From: Casimicrobiaceae bacterium
Lineage (GTDB): Bacteria > Pseudomonadota > Gammaproteobacteria > Burkholderiales > Casimicrobiaceae
Length of the DNA: 64,000 nt
Direction of reading: 5' to 3'
Assembly: GCA_036269335.1 (NCBI GenBank)
Contig: DATASF010000106.1
Span: forward strand, 9,708 to 73,707
Shown: piece after piece, positions 33,901 to 43,660 of the stretch
Layout of the letters: each line of letters begins with the position of its first letter
Position numbering within the stretch: the first letter of the stretch is position 1
Notes under the pieces: model-generated
What the model was told of the DNA's origin: nothing
Seen by the model: only the letters and a program-made list of their open reading frames with translations
Database searches by the model: none
Position numbers and translations under genes: made by a program

Positions 33901-35262
33901 ATGCCGACGCCGATGGCTCCCGAGCTCATCGCCGCGATCGCGACACCCGCCGGTCGCGGCGGCATCGGCATCGTGCGCCTTTCCGGAGCGGACCTTTCGC
34001 GCGTCATCGACGGCGTCGTCGGCCGCGCGCTCGCGCCGCGTGTCGCGACCAGTGCCAACTTCGTCGGCGCGCACGGCGAAACGCTCGACCAGGGACTGGC
34101 GCTTTATTTTCCGGCGCCGGCTTCCTACACCGGGGAGACGGTGCTCGAGTTGCACGGCCACGGCGGCCCCGCGGTGCTCGCGCAAATACTGCGCCGCTGC
34201 CTCGATCTCGGTGCGCGTCTCGCCGAGCCGGGCGAATTCACCAAGCGGGCCTTCCTCAACGGCAAGATCGACCTCGCACAGGCCGAGGGCGTCGCCGACC
34301 TGATCGACGCGGCGACGGCCACCGCGGCACGGGCGGCTGCGCGCAGCTTGAGCGGAGTGTTCTCGGCCGAGGTACGTGCGCTGGTGGACGGGCTGACCGA
34401 GCTTCGGATGTTCACCGAAGCAACGCTGGATTTTCCCGAAGAGGACATCGAGTTCATGCAGCGGGGCGACGCTGCGGGCAAGCTCGCGAGCCTGCGCCAG
34501 CGCCTGGATTCGATCGCCGTGCGCTCGCGCCAGGGCAGCCTCCTGCGCGAGGGACTCGACGTCGTCCTGATCGGTCAGCCCAACGTCGGCAAATCGAGCC
34601 TCTTAAACCAGCTTGCCGGCGACGACATCGCGATCGTGACCCCACATGCCGGCACGACGCGTGACGCGATCCGGAGCAGCGTGGAGATTCGCGGCATTCC
34701 GCTGCACATCATCGACACGGCGGGCTTGCGCGACAGCGCCGACCCGATCGAACGCATCGGCATCGAGCGAACGTGGACGGCGATAGACCGCGCCGACCTC
34801 GCGCTGATCGTCACCGACGCGCGCTCGCCCGATGACGGCGCCGATGCCGCGATCGTCGCGCGATTGCCGCGGTCGCTGCGCCGGATCGTCGTCCGCAACA
34901 AGATCGACCTTGCCGGGATCGAGGCGAAGCGGTCCGAGTCGGACGGCGCACGAGCGGTGTGGCTTTCGGCGAGGACCGGTGCCGGCGTCGAGTTGCTGCG
35001 CGAAGCCATGCTCGCTGCGGCCGGCGCGCACGAGGACATGGAGGGCACGTTTCTCGCGCGTGAGCGGCACCTGCAGGCGATGCGCGCGGCCGGGACGCAC
35101 CTCGAAGCGGCGGCGCGCCACTTGCATACTTCGCCTCCGCCGCTGGAGCTCTTTGCCGAGGATCTCCGCGCCGCGCAGCAGGCGCTCGCGGCGATCACCG
35201 GCGAATTCAGCGCAGACGATCTGCTCGGTGTGATCTTCAGCCGTTTTTGCATCGGCAAATAG
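33901..35262 (+). CDS. mnmE: tRNA modification GTPase MnmE (TrmE)
   Basis: IAAIATPAGRGGIGIVRLSG, G-domain GQPNVGKSSLLN and DTAGLR, C-terminal CIGK. 453 aa. ATG 33913 is an alternative start. Confidence 0.96.
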   Translation: MPTPMAPELIAAIATPAGRGGIGIVRLSGADLSRVIDGVVGRALAPRVATSANFVGAHGETLDQGLALYFPAPASYTGETVLELHGHGGPAVLAQILRRCLDLGARLAEPGEFTKRAFLNGKIDLAQAEGVADLIDAATATAARAAARSLSGVFSAEVRALVDGLTELRMFTEATLDFPEEDIEFMQRGDAAGKLASLRQRLDSIAVRSRQGSLLREGLDVVLIGQPNVGKSSLLNQLAGDDIAIVTPHAGTTRDAIRSSVEIRGIPLHIIDTAGLRDSADPIERIGIERTWTAIDRADLALIVTDARSPDDGADAAIVARLPRSLRRIVVRNKIDLAGIEAKRSESDGARAVWLSARTGAGVELLREAMLAAAGAHEDMEGTFLARERHLQAMRAAGTHLEAAARHLHTSPPPLELFAEDLRAAQQALAAITGEFSADDLLGVIFSRFCIGK

Positions 35263-35468
35263 GCACCTGCGCGTTCCGGTAAGCATCGGCGCGCAGGCAC
35301 TGGCCCGGCGACCGCGCGCCGTTGGCACGGCCGGGCCCGGCGGCCCAGTGGCCTGACCGATTTTCCGGCGCGGGACGCGCTTACGCCGGGCGCGGCCAGC
35401 GTGCTAGAGTTATCTTTCCCTTTTGTCCTGCGCGCCGATTTCGACCGTGGCGCCCGCTCCCAGGCCGC

Positions 35469-37310
35469 ATGAACGCTCCCGATCCTGCATCATCGCTCGC
35501 ACCGTCGATTCGACCGCCTCCGGAGGCACGCCATCCCAGGCTCGTCGCCTGGGTACGGGAGATCGCGTCCCGCACCCGCCCCGACAACGTCGTATGGTGC
35601 GACGGCTCGCAACAGGAGTACGACCGGCTTTGCGCGGCGATGGTCGAATCGGGAATGTTGCGGCGGCTCAATCCCGCCAAGCGCCCGAACAGCTTTGTCG
35701 CCTGGTCCGATCCGTCCGACGTCGCCCGCGTCGAAGACCGCACGTTCATCTGCAGCGAGCGCGAGGCGGATGCCGGTCCGACGAACAACTGGGTCGCGCC
35801 GGCCGAAATGCGCACCAAGATGGATGCGCTGTTCGAAGGCTCGATGCGCGGCCGCACGATGTACGTCGTGCCGTTTTCGATGGGCCCGCTCGGTAGCCCG
35901 ATCGCGCACATCGGCGTCCAGTTGACCGACAGCCCCTACGTCGCGGCCAGCATGCGCATCATGACGCGCATGGGTTTCGCGGCGCTTGAGATCCTCGGCA
36001 CCGACGGCAGCTTCGTGCCGTGCGTGCATTCGGTCGGAGCGCCGCTCGCCCCCGGTGACAGCGATGTGCGATGGCCGTGCAATCCGGGCCAGAAATACAT
36101 CGTCCATTTTCCCGAGACGCGCGAAATCTGGAGCTACGGTTCGGGCTACGGCGGCAACGCGCTGCTGGGAAAGAAGTGCTTTGCACTGCGCATTGCATCG
36201 GTGATGGGCCGCGACGAAGGATGGCTCGCCGAGCACATGCTGATCCTCGGCGTCACCTCGCCCGAGGGGAAGAAGACCTATGTCGCCGCGGCATTCCCGA
36301 GCGCCTGCGGCAAGACCAATTTCGCGATGATGATTCCGCCGCACGGTCTCGACGGGTGGAAAGTGACGACGATCGGCGACGACATCGCGTGGATCAAGCC
36401 GCACGCCGACGGCAGCTTTCACGCGATCAATCCGGAGGCCGGCTATTTCGGCGTCGCGCCCGGAACCTCGTACGAATCGAATCCGAACGCGATGGAGACA
36501 TTGCGCGAGAACGTCATCTTCACCAACGTCGCGCTGACCGACGACGGCGATGTCTGGTGGGAAGGCATGACGCGGGATCCGCCCGCGCATTTGACCGATT
36601 GGCGTGGTGAGTCGTGGGTTCCCGGCTGCGGCCGCAAGGCCGCGCATCCGAACGCGCGGTTCACCGTCGCCGCGACGCAGTGTCCGTCGCTCGACCCCGA
36701 GTGGGACAATCCCGCCGGCGTGCCGATATCGGCGTTCATCTTCGGCGCGCGCCGCAGCGACACCGTGCCGCTGGTCGTCGAGGCGACCAGCTGGGACGAC
36801 GGCGTGTACAAAGCGGCGACGATGGGATCGGAGACGACCGCCGCCGCGGCGGGCAAGGTGGGCGAAGTGCGTCGCGATCCGTTTGCGATGCTGCCGTTCT
36901 GCGGTTATCACATCGGCGATTATTTCGCGCACTGGCTGGCGATGGGACGCGCGGTGGCGAGGCCGCCGCGCGTGTTCAACGTCAACTGGTTTCGCACCGA
37001 CGAGCAGGGCAAGTACGCGTGGCCGGGCTTCGGGCAGAACATGCGCGTACTGAAGTGGATTATCGAGCGCTGCCGGGGCCGCGCGCACGCTGTCGAGACC
37101 GAGCTCGGATTGCAGCCCGAATACCATGATCTCGACTGGCGCGGGCTGGAGTTCGGTCCGGAGCGATTTGCGCAAGTGATGCGCTTCGACCGCGCGCGGT
37201 GGAGCCGCGAGCTTGATGCGCACGACGAGTTGTTCGCGAAGCTGGGCGCCAAGCAGCCGCAGGCCTTGTCGGCCCAGCGGCGGGCACTCGGCGCGAGGTT
37301 CGATCGCTAA
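35469..37310 (+). CDS. pckG: Phosphoenolpyruvate carboxykinase (GTP)
   Basis: ATG 35469. Sequence [14 protein letters not shown]...[17 protein letters not shown]...[14 protein letters not shown]...[20 protein letters not shown]...FPSACGKTN...NWFR. 613 aa. Confidence 0.93.
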   Translation: MNAPDPASSLAPSIRPPPEARHPRLVAWVREIASRTRPDNVVWCDGSQQEYDRLCAAMVESGMLRRLNPAKRPNSFVAWSDPSDVARVEDRTFICSEREADAGPTNNWVAPAEMRTKMDALFEGSMRGRTMYVVPFSMGPLGSPIAHIGVQLTDSPYVAASMRIMTRMGFAALEILGTDGSFVPCVHSVGAPLAPGDSDVRWPCNPGQKYIVHFPETREIWSYGSGYGGNALLGKKCFALRIASVMGRDEGWLAEHMLILGVTSPEGKKTYVAAAFPSACGKTNFAMMIPPHGLDGWKVTTIGDDIAWIKPHADGSFHAINPEAGYFGVAPGTSYESNPNAMETLRENVIFTNVALTDDGDVWWEGMTRDPPAHLTDWRGESWVPGCGRKAAHPNARFTVAATQCPSLDPEWDNPAGVPISAFIFGARRSDTVPLVVEATSWDDGVYKAATMGSETTAAAAGKVGEVRRDPFAMLPFCGYHIGDYFAHWLAMGRAVARPPRVFNVNWFRTDEQGKYAWPGFGQNMRVLKWIIERCRGRAHAVETELGLQPEYHDLDWRGLEFGPERFAQVMRFDRARWSRELDAHDELFAKLGAKQPQALSAQRRALGARFDR

Positions 37311-37339
37311 GCTGGTCGGCCAGGATCAACTGAAGACTT

Positions 37340-37365
37340 GGGGCGCGCTGGCGCCCCTTTTCTTT
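37340..37365 (+). terminator. Rho-independent terminator after pckG
   Basis: GGGGCGC-gctg-GCGCCCC followed by TTTTCTTT. Confidence 0.65.
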
Positions 37366-37416
37366 GGTCACGGCCCTTGCGTGGCGCGCGATCAGAGGCT
37401 AGTCTCAAGAGAAGAC

Positions 37417-37469
37417 TGTAAACGCTTTCTGATATCGATTGCAGAAAGCCATTACTGTAAGCGATTTCA
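37417..37469 (+). promoter_or_regulatory. Two LacI/GalR-type operator-like sites plus an 8-bp inverted repeat, directly upstream of the LacI-family gene
   Basis: The sites are TGTAAACGCTTTCT (37417-37430) and TGTAAGCGATTTCA (37456-37469, abutting ATG 37470). Both resemble the TGTAAnCGnTTnCA pattern of LacI-family operators. GCTTTCTG (37424-37431) and CAGAAAGC (37442-37449) form a perfect inverted repeat. Confidence 0.4.
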
Positions 37470-38525
37470 ATGATCCGAGAGACCGATCGCGCACCTGACG
37501 CGCCCTCGCCGAGCGCACCCAAGGCCGCCCGGCGAAAAGTACGATCGGCGGCGGATGGGTCGCCCAGCCTCGCGGACGTCGCGCGCACAGCCAACGTTTC
37601 GACAGCCAGCGCCTCCCGGGCGCTGGCCCGGCCCGAACTGGTGAGCGAAGCAGTGCGGGTCCGCGTCTCGGCCGCGGCGTCGCGCCTTGGCTACGTCCCC
37701 AACGCCGCCGCGCGCTCACTAGCGACGCGGCGCTCCGCCCTGGTCGGTGCGGTGCTCGGCGATTCGGCCGACCCGGTGACCTTGCAGATGCTGGAGGCGG
37801 CGGAACGGAGCCTCTCGGCGCATGGCATCGGGATAGTGGTGCGTTTTGCGTGCGAAACCACGCCGGCGGCCGAATGCGCGAAGTCGCTCGCCGAGCGCGG
37901 CGTCGACGCCTTGCTATTCATCGGAGCGGGCGCCTTGCCCGACCCGGACGGCTGGAAGCCGGGCCGGGCGACGCCGTATGTCGAATGCGGGCAAGCGCCC
38001 GGATCGGACGTCGAGGGGCTCAGCGAACCCCTCGAGCGAAGGAGTATCGCACTGGCCTGCGCCTATCTGCAGCAGCTCGGGCATCGCCGGATCGGTGTGG
38101 TCGGGCCGCGCCGGGGCGAGGGCGCCGCCCAGCGTACGTCTACGTCTGAGAAGCTGACCCTAACCGAGGAGCGAGTCGACGAGCTTCGCGACACCGAAGC
38201 CCTGCGGGCTGCGGTTCGGCGGCTGATCGAAAATGCCGCCACGGGCATCGTGACGTCTTCAGACATCGCGGCAGCCGCGGCCCTGCGCGAATGCCGGGCG
38301 CTCGGGCTGGCCGTACCTGGGCAAATCTCGGTGATAGGCTGCGGCGATACCGCGCTGGCGCGCTGCCTCGATCCTCCACTGACATCGATTCGCGTTGCGG
38401 CGAGCGCCAGCGGCCAAGCGGCAGCTGAACACTTGGCCGCGGTGCTCGCGGGGGGCAGCTTTGCGTGGCCGGATTTGCCGCTGAAGCTGGTGATCCGCGA
38501 ATCGGCGGCGGAAGCGCCGAGCTGA
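37470..38525 (+). CDS. LacI family transcriptional regulator
   Basis: HTH LADVARTANVSTASASRALARPELVSEAVRVRVSAAASRLGYVPNAAARSLA, followed by a periplasmic-binding-protein-like effector domain. 351 aa, with an unusually long basic N-terminal extension. Confidence 0.85.
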   Translation: MIRETDRAPDAPSPSAPKAARRKVRSAADGSPSLADVARTANVSTASASRALARPELVSEAVRVRVSAAASRLGYVPNAAARSLATRRSALVGAVLGDSADPVTLQMLEAAERSLSAHGIGIVVRFACETTPAAECAKSLAERGVDALLFIGAGALPDPDGWKPGRATPYVECGQAPGSDVEGLSEPLERRSIALACAYLQQLGHRRIGVVGPRRGEGAAQRTSTSEKLTLTEERVDELRDTEALRAAVRRLIENAATGIVTSSDIAAAAALRECRALGLAVPGQISVIGCGDTALARCLDPPLTSIRVAASASGQAAAEHLAAVLAGGSFAWPDLPLKLVIRESAAEAPS

Positions 38526-38534
38526 CCCCCGTTG

Positions 38535-38550
38535 CGTTCCACGTGAAACC
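38535..38550. promoter_or_regulatory. parS-like centromere site 1
   Basis: cGTTCCACGTGAAACc matches 14/16 of the TGTTNCACGTGAAACA consensus and is palindromic. Confidence 0.7.
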
Positions 38551-38561
38551 GCGCGGGCGCC

Positions 38562-38577
38562 GGCTCCACGTGAAACA
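38562..38577. promoter_or_regulatory. parS-like centromere site 2
   Basis: gGcTCCACGTGAAACA matches 14/16 of the consensus. It lies 11 nt after site 1. Confidence 0.6.
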
Positions 38578-38659
38578 GCTAAAAGGGCCCCTTTTGTGGC
38601 ACTTGCGTTTGGCGTATGATTAGCGTCGCGGTGTCCCCAACCTGTTTTCCTTATAAAAC

Positions 38660-40561
38660 ATGCGGTTCCAGCAACATTTCGACGTCATCGTCGTAGGTGG
38701 CGGCCACGCCGGTACCGAAGCGGCCCTGGCGTCGGCTCGGATCGGCCGGCGCACGCTCCTGCTGACGCACAGCATCGAGACCTTGGGCCAGATGTCGTGC
38801 AACCCCTCGATCGGAGGCATAGGCAAGGGTCACCTGGTCAAGGAGGTCGACGCACTTGGCGGGGCGATGGCGCTCGCCACCGACGAAGCCGGTATCCAGT
38901 TCCGCATCCTGAACGCGAGCAAAGGCCCGGCGGTGCGCGCAACGCGAGCGCAAGCCGACCGCGTTCTGTATCGCCAGGCGATACGGGCGCGCCTGGAAAA
39001 TCAGCCCAATCTGACGCTCTTCCAGCAGGCGGTCGACGACCTGGTGCTGGAAGGCGACCGGGTCGCCGGCGTCGTGACCCAACTCGGCATTCGGTTCGAT
39101 GCGACCACGGTCGTGCTCACGACGGGCACCTTCCTTTCCGGACGGATCCATGTCGGGCTGGAGAACTACGCGGCCGGACGCGCCGGTGATCCGCCGGCCG
39201 CCACGCTGGGCGCGCGACTTCGCGAGCTCAAGCTGCCGGCCGGCCGGCTGAAGACCGGCACGCCCCCGCGCATCGACGGGCGCACGATCGATTACACGCG
39301 CCTGAGCGTGCAGCCGGGCGATGACCCGGCGCCGGTGTTTTCCTTTGTCGGACGCCGGGACATGCATCCGCGGCAATTGCCTTGCTGGATCACGCATACC
39401 AATGCCGCCACCCACGAGATCATCCGCGGCGGGCTCGACCGCTCTCCGATGTTCACCGGCGTCATCGAAGGCGTCGGCCCGCGGTATTGCCCATCGATCG
39501 AGGACAAGATCACCCGGTTTGCCGGGCGGGGCAGCCACCAGGTGTTCCTCGAGCCCGAGGGGCTGACGACGCACGAGGTCTATCCGAACGGCATTTCGAC
39601 CAGCCTGCCTTTCGACGTGCAGCTGGCGCTGGTCCGCTCGATGGAGGGACTAGCGAACGCCCACATCCTGCGCCCGGGCTACGCGATCGAGTACGACTAT
39701 TTCGACCCCAGGGCGCTGAAGGCAACGCTAGAGACCAAGGCGATCGCCGGGCTGTTTTTCGCCGGCCAGATCAACGGCACGACCGGATACGAGGAAGCGG
39801 CGGCGCAGGGGCTGCTGGCGGGCATCAACGCGGCGCTTCTCGCCGGCGGCCGGGACGGCTGGTGCCCGCGGCGCGACCAGGCCTATCTGGGTGTGCTGGT
39901 CGACGACCTGATCACCCGCGGGGTCAGCGAGCCCTATCGGATGTTCACCAGCCGCGCCGAATATCGGCTGCAATTGCGCGAAGACAATTCGGATCTGCGC
40001 CTGACAGAGGCCGGACGCGACATCGGTGTGATCGACGATGCCCGCTGGGAAGCGTTTTGCCGCAAGCGCGACGCCGTCGCCGCGGAGATCGAGCGGCTCA
40101 AGTCGACCTGGGTCAATCCGCGGATCGTCGACCGCGCCAGTGCGATACGGGTGCTGGGGCAGGGGCTGGACCGCGAATACGCGTTGGTCGATCTGCTGGG
40201 CCGGCCCGGCGTCGGGTACGCGAGCCTGATGAGCCTGCCCGGTGCCGGCTCGCCGGTGGCCGACCCGGAGGTCGCCGCGCAAGTCGAGGTCGCGACCAAG
40301 TACGCCGGCTACATCGAGCGGCAGAACGAGGAGATCGCGCGCCACGCCGGGCAGGAGAACTTGCGCCTGCCGGCCGACGTCGACTACCGCCAGGTGCGCG
40401 GGCTGTCGGTCGAGGTGCAGCAAAGGCTCAACCAGCATCGTCCGGAAACGATAGGACAGGCCGCCCGCCTTCCGGGGATGACGCCTGCGGCGATGTCGCT
40501 GCTGCTCGTCCATTTGAAGCGCGGCTTCGATGCGCCGGTCGCGCGCAAGCTTTCCGCATGA
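38660..40561 (+). CDS. mnmG: tRNA uridine 5-carboxymethylaminomethyl modification enzyme MnmG (GidA)
   Basis: [21 protein letters not shown]...[24 protein letters not shown]. 633 aa. Confidence 0.97.
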   Translation: MRFQQHFDVIVVGGGHAGTEAALASARIGRRTLLLTHSIETLGQMSCNPSIGGIGKGHLVKEVDALGGAMALATDEAGIQFRILNASKGPAVRATRAQADRVLYRQAIRARLENQPNLTLFQQAVDDLVLEGDRVAGVVTQLGIRFDATTVVLTTGTFLSGRIHVGLENYAAGRAGDPPAATLGARLRELKLPAGRLKTGTPPRIDGRTIDYTRLSVQPGDDPAPVFSFVGRRDMHPRQLPCWITHTNAATHEIIRGGLDRSPMFTGVIEGVGPRYCPSIEDKITRFAGRGSHQVFLEPEGLTTHEVYPNGISTSLPFDVQLALVRSMEGLANAHILRPGYAIEYDYFDPRALKATLETKAIAGLFFAGQINGTTGYEEAAAQGLLAGINAALLAGGRDGWCPRRDQAYLGVLVDDLITRGVSEPYRMFTSRAEYRLQLREDNSDLRLTEAGRDIGVIDDARWEAFCRKRDAVAAEIERLKSTWVNPRIVDRASAIRVLGQGLDREYALVDLLGRPGVGYASLMSLPGAGSPVADPEVAAQVEVATKYAGYIERQNEEIARHAGQENLRLPADVDYRQVRGLSVEVQQRLNQHRPETIGQAARLPGMTPAAMSLLLVHLKRGFDAPVARKLSA

Positions 40562-41199
40562 CGCCTGGCGCGAGGCTGGCTGAGGGCGTCGAGACGCTGG
40601 GACTGACCGCGCTTGTCGGGGCCGACGCCCAGGCGAGACTGCTCGCGTTTCTGGCGCTGCTCGACAAATGGAATCGCACCCATAACCTGACCGCGATCCG
40701 CGAACCCGAACGGATGATCACGCATCATCTGCTGGATTCGCTGGCGGTGTTGCCGCATCTGCCTTCGCGAGCGGGCCTGCGCGTGATCGACATCGGCAGC
40801 GGCGGGGGCCTGCCGGGCATACCACTGGCGATCGTGCGCACGGATTGGCAACTCACCTTGCTCGACAGCAATTTCAAAAAGGCTACGTTCCTCCGGCAGG
40901 CCGCGATCGAATTGCCGCTGCCGAACGTCGAGATCGTCGCGGCTCGGGTCCAGGAGTACGTGCCAGCCACCACGTTCGACATCGCGATTTCGCGCGCCTT
41001 CTCCGATCTCGCCGTGTTTGCCGGCGCCAGCGGCAATCTGCTCGCGCCGGATGGCCGCCTGGTCGCGATGAAAGGGGTCTATCCGCACGAGGAGATCGCG
41101 CAATTGCCGGCCGGGATCGGCGTTACCAGTACCCCGTCGCTGAAGATTCCGGGCGTTGAAGGCGGTCGTCATCTGGTGATCATGGGGCGCGCCGCGTGA
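40558..41199 (+). CDS. rsmG: 16S rRNA (guanine527-N7)-methyltransferase RsmG (GidB)
   Basis: ATG 40558 (ATGA overlap with the mnmG stop). [29 protein letters not shown]...[17 protein letters not shown]. 213 aa. Confidence 0.93.
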   Translation: MTPGARLAEGVETLGLTALVGADAQARLLAFLALLDKWNRTHNLTAIREPERMITHHLLDSLAVLPHLPSRAGLRVIDIGSGGGLPGIPLAIVRTDWQLTLLDSNFKKATFLRQAAIELPLPNVEIVAARVQEYVPATTFDIAISRAFSDLAVFAGASGNLLAPDGRLVAMKGVYPHEEIAQLPAGIGVTSTPSLKIPGVEGGRHLVIMGRAA

Positions 41200-42026
41200 C
41201 CAAGATCATCGCCGTGGCCAACCAGAAAGGCGGCGTCGGAAAGACGACGACCAGCGTCAATCTCGCCGCGAGCCTGGTCGCGATGAAGCGCCGGGTGCTC
41301 TTGGTCGACCTCGATCCCCAAGGCAACGCGACCATGGGCGCCGGCATTGATAAGCGAGCGCTCACACACACTGTATACCAAGTCCTGCTTGGTGAGAAGA
41401 AAATTGCCGACGTGCGCGTCGCCTCGCCTTCCGGCGGGTTCGACCTGGTGCCGGCCAACCGTGAGCTTGCCGGCGCCGAGGTCGAGCTGGTCGACCTGCC
41501 GGAGCGCGAAATGCGCCTCAAGGACGCGCTTTCCGAAGCGCTGTCGCAAATGCGCGCCGCGATCTCCGAGGTCGTCGGCGAATACGACTTCATCCTGCTC
41601 GACTGCCCGCCGTCCTTGTCGCTGTTGACGCTGAACGGGTTGTGCGCGGCGGACAGCGTGCTGATCCCGATGCAATGCGAGTACTACGCGCTGGAAGGAC
41701 TGTCCGACCTGGTCCAGACGATACGCAAGGTTCGCGCCCATCTGAATCCCCGCCTCGAGATCGAAGGGCTGCTGCGCACGATGTTCGACCCGCGCAATAC
41801 GCTCGCGCTTAACGTGTCGGCCGACCTGCAAAAGCATTTCGGCGACAAGCTCTACCGCACGGTGATACCGCGCAATATCCGGCTTGCGGAAGCGCCGAGC
41901 TTCGGCGTGCCCGCGCTGAATCTCGACCGGACGTCGAAGGGCGCGCTCGCGTATCTCGCCCTGGCCGGCGAAATGCTTCGCCGCGACGAAGCCGCGTCGC
42001 CGCTACCGGGAGTCGTCAATGGCTAA
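41196..42026 (+). CDS. parA: Chromosome partitioning ATPase ParA (Soj)
   Basis: GTG start (GTGA overlap with the rsmG stop). Deviant Walker [22 protein letters not shown] and DLDPQGNAT. 276 aa. Confidence 0.93.
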   Translation: MTKIIAVANQKGGVGKTTTSVNLAASLVAMKRRVLLVDLDPQGNATMGAGIDKRALTHTVYQVLLGEKKIADVRVASPSGGFDLVPANRELAGAEVELVDLPEREMRLKDALSEALSQMRAAISEVVGEYDFILLDCPPSLSLLTLNGLCAADSVLIPMQCEYYALEGLSDLVQTIRKVRAHLNPRLEIEGLLRTMFDPRNTLALNVSADLQKHFGDKLYRTVIPRNIRLAEAPSFGVPALNLDRTSKGALAYLALAGEMLRRDEAASPLPGVVNG

Positions 42027-42873
42027 GCTCAAAGGGCTCGGACGCGGGCTCGACGCGCTATTGTCGAGCGCGGGCGAGACGCCGGGGCGCGAATCGCTGC
42101 AGACGATCGCGCTCGATCGGATTCGCCCGGGCAAATACCAGCCTCGCTCGCGCATGGACGAAGCCTCGCTCGACGAGCTGGCGGCGTCGATCAAGGCGCA
42201 AGGCGTCATGCAGCCGATACTGGTGCGCCCGGTCGACGCCAACCGCTTCGAGATCATCGCCGGTGAACGCCGCTGGCTCGCGGCGCGCCGTGCAGGCCTG
42301 GCCGAAGTGCCCGCGCTCGTGCGCGAAGTGCCCGACCAAGCCGCACTGGCGCTCGCGCTGATCGAGAACATCCAGCGCGAGGATTTGAATCCTCTCGAGG
42401 AGGCACAGGGCATCAAGCGGCTGATCGACGAATTCGGACTGACGCACGAGGCAGCTGGAGAGGCCGTCGGTCGCTCGCGCAGCGCGGTGACGAATCTGCT
42501 GCGCCTGACGCAGCTCGCCAAGCCGGTGCAGGATTATCTGCTGTCGGGCGAGCTCGACATGGGGCACGCGCGCGCCTTGCTGGGATTGCCGGCCGCGCAG
42601 CAGGCCGCCGCGGCGGCGAAGGTGGTCGCACTCGGCATGTCGGTGCGCGACACCGAGCGCATGATGCAGGCCGCGCAGCATCCGGCGCCGAAAAAAAAGC
42701 GCCGGCTGCGCGGAAAAAGCGCCGACGCAGACCTGGCGCGGCTGGAAAACGAGCTGTCCGATGCGCTAGGCGCCAGCGTGCGCATCGAAGCGACGCGCAA
42801 CGGCGGCGGCCGCATCGTCGTCGCCTATTCGAGCCTCGACCAGCTCGACGGCATACTGGCCAAGCTCCGCTGA
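42019..42873 (+). CDS. parB: Chromosome partitioning protein ParB (Spo0J)
   Basis: GLGRGLDALL..., ParB box QPILVRP...FEIIAGERRWLAARRAGL, and HTH region. 284 aa. Confidence 0.95.
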   Translation: MAKLKGLGRGLDALLSSAGETPGRESLQTIALDRIRPGKYQPRSRMDEASLDELAASIKAQGVMQPILVRPVDANRFEIIAGERRWLAARRAGLAEVPALVREVPDQAALALALIENIQREDLNPLEEAQGIKRLIDEFGLTHEAAGEAVGRSRSAVTNLLRLTQLAKPVQDYLLSGELDMGHARALLGLPAAQQAAAAAKVVALGMSVRDTERMMQAAQHPAPKKKRRLRGKSADADLARLENELSDALGASVRIEATRNGGGRIVVAYSSLDQLDGILAKLR

Positions 42874-42920
42874 TCTCGCGCCGGCCGCTGCGGCTGCGTT
42901 CGCTCGTCGCAACGCAAATC

Positions 42921-42948
42921 AAACGGCGCCCGCGGGCGCCGTTTTCCC
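42921..42948. terminator. Bidirectional hairpin terminator between parB and the peroxiredoxin gene
   Basis: AAACGGCGCC-cgcg-GGCGCCGTTT is a 10-bp stem. It is followed by TTTTCCC on the plus strand and by TTTGATTTG on the minus strand. Confidence 0.65.
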
Positions 42949-42962
42949 GCGAACGCCGCTGC

Positions 42963-43469
42963 TCAACCGAGCTGTTTCAGCATCGTCTCCGCATCCGAGA
43001 CTTCGAACTTGCCCGGTCCCTCGACGTTTAGCGATTTGACGACGCCGTCGTCGACCAGCGCCGAAAAGCGCTGGCAACGCACGCCCATGCCGCGCGCGGT
43101 CAGGTCGAGCTCGAGGCCGAGCGCCTTGGTATACGCGGCGCTGCCGTCACCCATCATGCGCACCTTGCCCCCCGTCTTCTGGTCCTTCGCCCACGCGCCC
43201 ATCACGAACGCATCGTTGACCGACATGCAGATGATCTCGTCGACGCCCTTGGCCTTGAGCTCGCCGAAATGCGCGACGTAGCCCGGCACGTGCTTGGCCG
43301 AGCAGGTGGGCGTGAATGCGCCGGGCAGGCCGAACAGCACGATCTTCTTGCCCTTGGTCAGCGCATCGGTCTGAAACTGGTTGGGTCCGATCGGACACGC
43401 CTCGGTCGCGACCTCGACGTATTCGCTCAGCGTGCCGGCAGGCAGCCGGTCGCCGACTTTGATCGTCAT
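42963..43469 (-). CDS. Prx5-type peroxiredoxin
   Basis: ATG 43469 gives MTIKVGDRLP... The peroxidatic Cys motif is FGLPGAFTPTCS. 168 aa. Confidence 0.9.
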   Translation of the reverse strand: MTIKVGDRLPAGTLSEYVEVATEACPIGPNQFQTDALTKGKKIVLFGLPGAFTPTCSAKHVPGYVAHFGELKAKGVDEIICMSVNDAFVMGAWAKDQKTGGKVRMMGDGSAAYTKALGLELDLTARGMGVRCQRFSALVDDGVVKSLNVEGPGKFEVSDAETMLKQLG

Positions 43470-43660
43470 GATATTTTTCCTTCCGCGTGATGTATGGCGA
43501 CGGCTATCGCTTGGCGCGTGCAGCGTCAGCACGCGATGAGCGACAGGTCGTAAATTGTACCGGAAATCGTTGCGACGTCGAACGACGCCGAGCACTTGTC
43601 GGCGCGTGCGCGAAAGCGTAACTTCGGCAGTCCGACCGCGACCCCCGATGGAGGAACGTC

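Noticed and set aside
31572-34058. 828-aa minus-strand ORF opposite rnpA-yidD-yidC
   Set aside because: It is antisense to conserved genes, with an R/D/L-rich shadow composition.
38526-38659. Possible oriC upstream of mnmG, by analogy with the E. coli gidA-mioC origin
   Set aside because: The gap is only 134 nt. It contains the parS doublet and a small hairpin, but no DnaA-box match that I could find and only a very short AT-rich run.
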